A stretch of 55,312 nucleotides of DNA from an uncultured Nitrososphaerota archaeon. GTDB taxonomy: Archaea; Korarchaeota; Korarchaeia; Korarchaeales; Korarchaeaceae. The notes beneath the pieces are model-generated. The model ran no database searches. It saw nothing but the letters and a program-made list of their open reading frames with translations, and had not been told where the DNA came from. Every line of letters starts with the position of its first letter. The stretch's first letter is position 1. This document shows, piece by piece, positions 48,431 through 55,312 of the stretch. Made by a program: the position numbers and the translations under genes. The stretch lies in the NCBI GenBank assembly GCA_964618805.1, contig CAZUBM010000002.1:1-55312 (forward strand), given 5' to 3'.

Positions 48431-48438
48431 CTTTTATT

Positions 48439-49065
48439 TCACCTCCTCCCGAGATATCCGGTCTCCATGCCCAGCAAAGTTCTGATTCCTAGGACTATTG
48501 AACCTATTCCTACTCCTATCCTTATTCCTCTGTAGGATCCGCTAACTATGACATCAAAGATCCATTTTCTCCATGAGAAGAAGCCTTTCCATATGGCTGG
48601 GAACAGAGGAGTGTTTCCAAGAATCACTAAGAATGCAGTAATTAGTAGAAGAGTTGAATCCAATGTCCTTGCTTTAAGAACCTTGTAAGCGCCCGCTGTC
48701 ATGTAGAAGCACAGAGATGCATACATTGTGGCTCCTAGAGGCAGATAAACTGAGTTGTAAATCCATAGGTATTGATCGCTTGCTGAAGAAAGCGAAACTC
48801 CTACAACAGCTGTAACTATAAGTAGAAAGAGGAGCCAAGCGCTAAATGCCCTGTCAACCATGCTAGGAGCCCTTTTTATACGTCTTCCATAAACTATAAA
48901 GAGGTTAACAGCCCCGAAACCTAGAGCGAAGGCGGATATAACTATTCCCCAGTTCTTTAGGACGGTGAAGGCGTTCTCTGTCGTAGGAACTGGGATGTAG
49001 TACTCTAAAACTGCAATCAAACCGCTCAGGAACGTTATCAAAAGGGGAATTTCTCTCTTATACAT
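48439..49065 (-). CDS. Uncharacterised polytopic membrane protein (operon gene 2)
   Basis: About 6 TM; RGIRIGVGIG...RTLLG.E; GAGGTGA RBS. Confidence 0.85.
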   Translation of the reverse strand: MYKREIPLLITFLSGLIAVLEYYIPVPTTENAFTVLKNWGIVISAFALGFGAVNLFIVYGRRIKRAPSMVDRAFSAWLLFLLIVTAVVGVSLSSASDQYLWIYNSVYLPLGATMYASLCFYMTAGAYKVLKARTLDSTLLLITAFLVILGNTPLFPAIWKGFFSWRKWIFDVIVSGSYRGIRIGVGIGSIVLGIRTLLGMETGYLGRR

Positions 49066-49077
49066 TTACATCTCACC

Positions 49078-49863
49078 TCACTTACTTAGAAGTTCAACTA
49101 CAGTTTTGATGCCAGCAGTTGAAAGTATCGCTCCAATTACGGATATGACGATGGCAGCTAGCTTGTAGACATCCTGAGAGAAGAGGCTTCCGATCTTCAC
49201 TGGATCCTTGCTTAGATATGCGTCTGCGGCAAACATTTCCTCTCCAATCAATACATAATCAGCTACTGCTGCGAAGAAAGGCAATTGATAGAGTCTTGCG
49301 GTTCCAGCAACCTGGTAGGCACCTACCCTTGCAAATGATTCAGCAAACATCATGCTCTCAGCCCAGAATGGGCCTACCATTATGTTTGCTGCTGGCTTTA
49401 GCCTTGCGCACATACCTATTATACCGCTTGCCCAAGCAAATTGGGTTCCTGAAAGGTATGGTAGCTGCTCATCAACATCTAGTTCCTCTAACTTGCCAGC
49501 CTCAGCATATGCTTGTCTTACAGTTTCGATGGCAACGGGCATGACATCCACAGAAGCCTGTGGAGCAATAAGTCTAGCACCTTTTTCAGCACAGTGCCTT
49601 GCTACATAACTTAGAACTGATAGCCCTGCGATCGTTTGGGGTGCATAAACATCTGTGAATGTACCCATACCTATTATGTCAAAAACGGGCCTTCCCATCT
49701 CTACTGCTCTTCCAACGGCCTCTTCGATTTTGTCAAGCCCAGGAATTCTTCTTACGCTAAATTTTCCTTTTTTCCCATAGGATATTGATATTAGTGTGAT
49801 GATCCATATTAGTATAAGGGTGATCAGGGCTGTGAGTCTTCCTTCCGCTATCAACCACACCAT
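49078..49863 (-). CDS. DUF6754-like membrane protein (operon gene 1)
   Basis: VRRIPGLDKIEEAVGRAVEMGRP, FWAES, QVAGT, QLPFF...DY.LIGEE; family name recalled from motif, not searched; GGAGG RBS. Confidence 0.8.
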   Translation of the reverse strand: MVWLIAEGRLTALITLILIWIITLISISYGKKGKFSVRRIPGLDKIEEAVGRAVEMGRPVFDIIGMGTFTDVYAPQTIAGLSVLSYVARHCAEKGARLIAPQASVDVMPVAIETVRQAYAEAGKLEELDVDEQLPYLSGTQFAWASGIIGMCARLKPAANIMVGPFWAESMMFAESFARVGAYQVAGTARLYQLPFFAAVADYVLIGEEMFAADAYLSKDPVKIGSLFSQDVYKLAAIVISVIGAILSTAGIKTVVELLSK

Positions 49864-49962
49864 TATTCTTGTCCCTCCTTATTCGCTATTTGTATGGCAA
49901 AAACTGCGATTTATTTAATATAAGTTTTATCAAATGTTATCAAAGTTTATAAGGGTTCGATC

Positions 49963-50385
49963 ATGACATCCGACGATTTCATGAGAGATCCTACATTAGA
50001 GGAGTATGTGGGTGGAGCTTCCGTTAGTTTTGGTTTAGTTACTCTTGTTCTTCAGATCTTAGGAGGAATAATCTCGTACAAGGGACTTGAGGAAAAATTG
50101 TACTTGTACGATCCTTTAATTGCCCTGATACTTTACTTAGCACTTCATATAGTTAGTGGATGGCTAGGTGCATATCTCGTAACGAGAAGGATACAAAATA
50201 CCCGTATTAGGCTAGTTAGAGCAGGACTACTTACTGGATTGGGGGCATACATAATTGAAGCCATAGTAACCCTAATATTCGTTCGCAGCTTTCCGCAGTC
50301 TGCTTGGGCCTTAATAGGTTTCGTATTTGGTGGATCTCTTGGAGGGATGACCTCGAGCATATTCCCTTCTAAAGCACGATTGTGA
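49963..50385 (+). CDS. Small four-TM membrane protein
   Basis: Four hydrophobic helices; divergent from the membrane operon; resembles 42948-43370. Confidence 0.75.
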   Translation: MTSDDFMRDPTLEEYVGGASVSFGLVTLVLQILGGIISYKGLEEKLYLYDPLIALILYLALHIVSGWLGAYLVTRRIQNTRIRLVRAGLLTGLGAYIIEAIVTLIFVRSFPQSAWALIGFVFGGSLGGMTSSIFPSKARL

Positions 50386-50684
50386 AGAGCTTTTCTTTTT
50401 TCGACAAAAATGAACCTATTATTAGTATATAGTTAAGTAAACTTTGAAAAATTCTTCAATATTAAGGATTTGCTGTCACTTCTTCTGATTTTCTAATAAA
50501 AAGATTACCTGCCTGTCAAAAGTCTAATTTTCCAAGACAATTACAAAATCCCTTATCTCTTATAAGAAAAGCTCATGTATATCGAACGTTATCATTAAAT
50601 CAACCAAAGTATTTGGTCTGTGAACTCATTGGGAATTTCCTGTTTCATCCTGAGCTCCCTTCAAACTCAGATATGGGCTCTTTT

Positions 50685-51369
50685 TTAAGGACTAATTACC
50701 ACAAGCACGACTTTAGCGTTGGAAAGGTATAGAGGTCTAACTTCCTCCACAAAGGGCAATTTTGATATCTCAGCTATCGATTTAAGGGACGCCTTTCCCA
50801 TCAACGTTCCAGCTTTGAATAGAAGGGCTTCGAATCCAGCTTCCCTGAGAGCATTCATCTCCTCTTTACATATCTCTCTATTCAGAAGTATTGCGGTTTG
50901 AAGCCTAGTTTCCTCTATTCCTTTCTCCTCGTAAGCCTCTTCAGCAATTTTCGTCTCCTTTCTCGTATTTCCAGCTATTACTACGCACAAAACCATCTCA
51001 TCCAATATATCCCTAATCCAATAGCCGTAGAACCCCCTTCTCTCTCACAAGCCTCTTTTTAACCTCTTCTTCCAAGTAAAGGCTAGATATCGATCCAATA
51101 CCCTCATATGCTTGTGGTCCTCCAATTATTATGAAGACATCGACTTTACCAAGCCCTACAACTATGTCAAAGCTTCTTGCCCCATATATAGAGACGTCAT
51201 ATCCCATGTTTAGCAAGAAGTCCATCAACTTTTCTGCGGTTTCTAAATCAACACTATTTGAGAAAATCGCTATCTTGACCTTGATCTTGCTATTTGCATT
51301 TGCTTTCATAACCGAGAACGGAATTAATAGCAGGAGTATCAAAAGGAAGGAAAGAAAATACCTAGTCAA
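50685..51369 (-). pseudogene. Secreted S-layer-like-domain protein split by a frameshift
   Basis: Signal peptide and SNSVD...IIGGPQAYEGIG. Removing one base from the C5 run at 51033-51037 joins EKG to FYGYW...VIAGNTRKET, matching the N-domain of 25971-28178. Confidence 0.75.
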
Positions 51370-51662
51370 TTTTCCTCAAAATATCTAAGATGGGATATAA
51401 AATGCTATTTAGCATTCTGAAGAAATATCCTACTGGAACCGAGGGAGAGAGTCGAAGTGAGCTTGAAGAACTAAGTTATTGCCGCGATTGTTTGAATGCG
51501 TACTAGCGATAAGAACCGCCTTTTAGCTTTCTTCTCTCATGACTACATCTCAATAATAACAATTCTGAGATGCTACATGAGATCTTAGATTAAAATCTAA
51601 AGCTATCGAGCTCAATTACACAATAAAATATATTAAAAAGAAGCCTATGCCTCGAACATCAT

Positions 51663-52859
51663 GTGTTACGAATCCTAAGAGATGCAAGTAATCGCTTGAA
51701 GGTAAAGTATGATCATATCTTGCTGTATTTACTTGCGTTTCTTTTCAACATTAGTTGGGTGCTAACAACATCGCTTATGCCCCTCTATCTCGATTACTTG
51801 GGATATAAGGGTGCAGGAATAGGTGCGTTAAGCTCTGGACGAACTATCTTTGCAGCAATAGCTGCCATCATAGCTGGAAGGATCTCAGATCTTTACGGAT
51901 ATAAAAGGCCAATGTCTCTCTCTTTAATGCTATTTGCCCTACTGGGAGGCCTTTTATATCTTAGGGAGTCTTCAAAAATTGTTGCATTATTCTATCCTCT
52001 TATGGGCCTTTGTTTTGGCTTGTTTAACACTCCTATAACAAGTCTTCTTTCGGAAATATCTCCAAGCGAATCTATGGCCTCCTCGTTCGCTTTCTTCTAC
52101 TCCGTCACAAATCTAGCAGGGATTATTTCCTCTAACCTCTCTGGATGGATGGCTGGCAATTTTGGATATAGGTACCTTTTCCTAACAGCATCTTTGATAG
52201 CAATAATTTCATCGCTTATTGTAGGCAAAATTCCGAGCAAAACCAGGGCAGCAAGGGAGAGAATAAAACTTCTAGATATTCTGAAGGGATCAAGGTCGCT
52301 TGACAGAATGTTTTACATCTTTTTAGCTGGAATGCTTTTTCATGGCTTTAGCCTTATGACAATATGGCCCTTCTTCTCCCTTTATGCAAAGAAAGGTATA
52401 GGATTGAGCGAACCAGAGGTAGGTTTAATTCTTTCCATGAGAAGCCTAGGGCTCCTCCTGACCCTTGTTCTGTGGGGAAAGATTTCCGACAGAATTGGAT
52501 CTTCCTCAATGATATTTCTTCACGTTTTCTTTTCCTCCTTTGCATGGATAGCTTACCCCTTCTCTCCAGATCTCCTCACTGCAGGAATAGCTCTTGGGAT
52601 AAATGGAATTGTCGGAGCGATGGACATGCCAGCCAGGAGGTCTGTAGCAGCAGAGTTCTCGGATAGCAGGATAAGGGCTACGGCCATGGGTCTCTTGGAC
52701 TTTACTTCTGGAATTGCTTCAAGCATAGGTTTCATCTTCGGGGGCTTCTTATGGGATACAGCTGGAATGAGAATACCCTTTGTGGTGGCATCGCTTACAA
52801 ATGGAATTGGAGCAGTCCTCCTGTATGTAGTAAAAAGGAGTGGTGCCACGAAAATCTGA
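51663..52859 (+). CDS. MFS transporter
   Basis: GRISDLYGYK and GKISDRIG motif A copies; about 12 TM. Confidence 0.9.
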   Translation: MLRILRDASNRLKVKYDHILLYLLAFLFNISWVLTTSLMPLYLDYLGYKGAGIGALSSGRTIFAAIAAIIAGRISDLYGYKRPMSLSLMLFALLGGLLYLRESSKIVALFYPLMGLCFGLFNTPITSLLSEISPSESMASSFAFFYSVTNLAGIISSNLSGWMAGNFGYRYLFLTASLIAIISSLIVGKIPSKTRAARERIKLLDILKGSRSLDRMFYIFLAGMLFHGFSLMTIWPFFSLYAKKGIGLSEPEVGLILSMRSLGLLLTLVLWGKISDRIGSSSMIFLHVFFSSFAWIAYPFSPDLLTAGIALGINGIVGAMDMPARRSVAAEFSDSRIRATAMGLLDFTSGIASSIGFIFGGFLWDTAGMRIPFVVASLTNGIGAVLLYVVKRSGATKI

Positions 52860-52899
52860 GATTTCCTTCTAGGATTGTTGAAAGTATCTCTTTATTGGT

Positions 52900-53120
52900 A
52901 AAAGAAGCCATTTTTACGCGCGCTACTTCAAATGTGACCTTTACTCTTGTCCTGTAAAGGTCTATCTTCCCACTTCACTGTAGCAGACATGCTGAGCACC
53001 TTAATTCTCCTGACGTTTCTAATAGTCTTCTTCGCCTGTTCTAACGCCTCAATAAGGGCTTTCTCAAACCCTTCCTTAGATTCGCCCATCAATTCTATTT
53101 TTTCAAAGCACCTTCATCAT
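52900..53120 (-). pseudogene. Dodecin-family protein, two frameshifts
   Basis: MMKV/FEKIELMGESKEGFEKAL..A...AKKTIRNVR.../GKIDLYRTRVKVTFEV. Confidence 0.75.
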
Positions 53121-53150
53121 GTTCTTTTAGCTAAAACAAAACTATTTGGA

Positions 53151-54299
53151 TCAAAGTAAGTACTTTAAGCCGGAGCCCGTATTCATCAGAAGAATCCTGT
53201 CGTCCATGGAGAGGATTCCATCATTAACGAGTTTCTTTAGTCCTGCATACGTAGCAGCCCCTTCTGGACAAGCATATATGCCTTCATACCTTGCGAGATC
53301 CTTGATAGCGTTCAAAATCTCCTCATCTGTTACGCTAATAGCAAATCCATTGCTATCCCTCAGTACCTTTAGTATCAACTTGCCTGCGAATGGCCTGGGA
53401 ACTTTTAGGCCAGCAGCAATTGTCTTCGGATTTTTCCATTCTTCAACTTCTTCTTTGCCTTCTTTAAAGGCCCTGACAACCGGAGCACAGCCAGAAGCCT
53501 GCACTGATATCATCTTTGGGATCTCACCGCTTATCCAACCAAGCTCCTTAAGCTCTTGGAAGGCCTTCCATATACCAATTAGACCAGTTCCGCCACCCGT
53601 TGGGTATATCACTACGTCAGGCAGTTCCCAGTTGAAGTACTCAGCTATCTCCAGTCCCATCGTCTTCTTTCCCTCAAGCCTGTAGGGTTCCTTGAGCGTA
53701 GACATGTCAAACCAGCCTTGCTCTTTCGCCTTCGCCTTAGCTACCTTTCCAGCATCAGCTATCGTACCCTTTATAAGGTGGACATCAGCACCAGATACAA
53801 TGCATTCCCTCTTTGTAACATTAGGAGAATCCTCTGGCATGAAAACATGGGCTTTTATCCCTGCCTTGGCGCAATAAAAGGATAGAGCAGCAGCAGCGTT
53901 CCCAGCAGATGGCAAAACTATGTCTTTTATGCCAAAAGTTTTTGCCTTTGAGACGGCTACGGCCATTCCTCTTGCCTTGAACGTGCCTGTTGGGTTCAGC
54001 GACTCGTCTTTTATCCAGAGGCTCCTGAAACCCAGGTTGCTTGCTCTCAAGATTGGAGTAAACCCCTCGCCAAGGGTAATAATATCTCTTCTATCTTCTA
54101 TCGGAAGGAACTCAAAGTACCTCCATAAAGTTCCTTCTCTCCCTAAGAGATCTCCTTTTTTCAGCTTATCCTTCATCTCTTCCAGATTATACTTCACTAG
54201 AAGAGTGCTACCACAATTCTTACACACTGTCTGTATCTCCTTGTGGGAGTGTTGAGCTCCACAGTTACTGCACTCAAGCCTCTCAACAAACATGATCAA
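53151..54299 (-). CDS. thrC: Threonine synthase-like fold-type II PLP enzyme
   Basis: N-terminal CxxC...CxxC, LWRY, TLGEG.TP, NPTGTFKARG, SAGNA, PTGGGTG, NTGSGLKY. Confidence 0.8.
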   Translation of the reverse strand: MIMFVERLECSNCGAQHSHKEIQTVCKNCGSTLLVKYNLEEMKDKLKKGDLLGREGTLWRYFEFLPIEDRRDIITLGEGFTPILRASNLGFRSLWIKDESLNPTGTFKARGMAVAVSKAKTFGIKDIVLPSAGNAAAALSFYCAKAGIKAHVFMPEDSPNVTKRECIVSGADVHLIKGTIADAGKVAKAKAKEQGWFDMSTLKEPYRLEGKKTMGLEIAEYFNWELPDVVIYPTGGGTGLIGIWKAFQELKELGWISGEIPKMISVQASGCAPVVRAFKEGKEEVEEWKNPKTIAAGLKVPRPFAGKLILKVLRDSNGFAISVTDEEILNAIKDLARYEGIYACPEGAATYAGLKKLVNDGILSMDDRILLMNTGSGLKYLL

Positions 54300-54310
54300 T
54301 CCTCTCTATT

Positions 54311-55312
54311 TCACCTCATTACCTTTGAGAAAACCGTCAAATGATTTTCTCCAAGGATTTTCTTGATCTCTTCTTTGCTGTATCCCCTAGAAACGAGTTC
54401 TATAGTTATGTTGGGCATCTTGCTTACGTCTTCTAAGCCAATTGGAGTTGAGGATATTCCATCAAAGTCAGAACCTAAGCCAACGTGATCAATTCCCACC
54501 AAATTAATTATGTGCTCCATATGATCTACAACATCGCTTACTGAGGCCCTACCTTCCCTTTTCAAGAACTTAGGGTAGAAGTTCATCCCGATAACCCCTC
54601 CTTTATCTGCTATTGCCTGTATTTGTTTGTCAGTTAAGTTCCTAGGATGATCGCAGAGGGCTCTGCAGTTGGAGTGGGAAGCTATTATTGGAGAATCGGT
54701 TATTTCAACCAAATCCCAGAAGCACGATTCGCTTAGATGAGAGACGTCTATCACAATCCCCAGCTTTTCCATTTCCTCAACAACTCTTACACCCAGGTTA
54801 GTCAGCCCGCTTCTAGTTCTCTCCTCCTTGACCCCATCAGCCAAGTGGTTCCTGTAGTTCCAAGTTAGGCTCATCATTCTGATACCGAGCCTATGTAGGA
54901 TCCTTAACATCGAAACATCTGCTTCTAGGGCTTCTCCTCCCTCTAAAGAGAGCATAGCAGCTATCTTACCTGATTCAATTGTTCTAAGGATCTCATCATA
55001 CGATAATGCCGGCGAAATCTCATCCTTGTTCTTTTCGCATTCTTCATAGAACGTATCTACCATGTTTAATGCTCTATGAAGAGGCTTTGGTGGATCAGGA
55101 ACTTTGGAAACGAAGATAGCAAATACTTGGCAGTCAACCCCTCCTTCTCTCAACCTAGGGATGTCAACATGTCCCTTCTCTGACCTCTTTCCAAGACCTT
55201 CCTCCACTCTGAGAGGAGTAATTGGTGGAAATATATCTGCAAACAAGGCCTGGAGGGTATCACAGTGAGTATCTACCACGTGACACCTTTTATGCAGGAT
55301 TATAGCTTCATC
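54311..55312 (-). CDS. M19 membrane/renal dipeptidase family, partial at the right edge
   Basis: VDTHCD, SLEG, SLTWN, IDVSHLS, ASHSN, RN.TD, GLGSDFDG; the frame is open to base 55312. Confidence 0.92.
   Translation of the reverse strand, partial: DEAIILHKRCHVVDTHCDTLQALFADIFPPITPLRVEEGLGKRSEKGHVDIPRLREGGVDCQVFAIFVSKVPDPPKPLHRALNMVDTFYEECEKNKDEISPALSYDEILRTIESGKIAAMLSLEGGEALEADVSMLRILHRLGIRMMSLTWNYRNHLADGVKEERTRSGLTNLGVRVVEEMEKLGIVIDVSHLSESCFWDLVEITDSPIIASHSNCRALCDHPRNLTDKQIQAIADKGGVIGMNFYPKFLKREGRASVSDVVDHMEHIINLVGIDHVGLGSDFDGISSTPIGLEDVSKMPNITIELVSRGYSKEEIKKILGENHLTVFSKVMR

Noticed and set aside
798-54255. Many short antisense ORFs in the track (e.g. 910, 7671, 24225, 41172, 44875, 53146, 53920)
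   Set aside because: They are shadows of well-supported genes on the opposite strand.
1-55312. tRNA, rRNA, provirus or intact transposase
   Set aside because: No GC-rich structured RNA segment, viral hallmark gene or transposase motif was seen; small ncRNAs cannot be excluded without a covariance search.

Overview
Archaeal DNA (TFB gene, TATA-type promoters, AGA/AGG-rich coding), probably from an uncultured thermophilic heterotroph; the lineage cannot be fixed from this window. (1) About 1-21 kb is a decaying accessory region: at least 7 toxin-antitoxin modules (five VapB/AbrB/RHH-PIN pairs, DUF4258-DUF2283, MntA-HepT), relics of AbiEii-, GIY-YIG- and McrB-like genes, and many pseudogenes. 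Several breakpoints sit on a short (GC)n run. (2) About 22-55 kb is mostly intact peptide/amino-acid catabolism with a D-amino-acid bias: three M20 hydrolases (two are mosaic near-duplicates), an Ldh_2 reductase, an Asp/Glu racemase fused to an aminotransferase, a D-aminoacylase, M24 and M19 peptidases and a secreted PKD-gluzincin. (3) At 43-50 kb is the best candidate for an undescribed system: a GlmL/MutL-like ASKHA ATPase and partner protein converging on an operon of four uncharacterised membrane proteins (one DUF6754-like) plus a small protein, with no B12 mutase in the window. It may be a new ATP-coupled membrane complex or transporter. No rRNA, tRNA, CRISPR array, integrase or intact transposase was seen. 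Family assignments come from motif recognition, not database searches.
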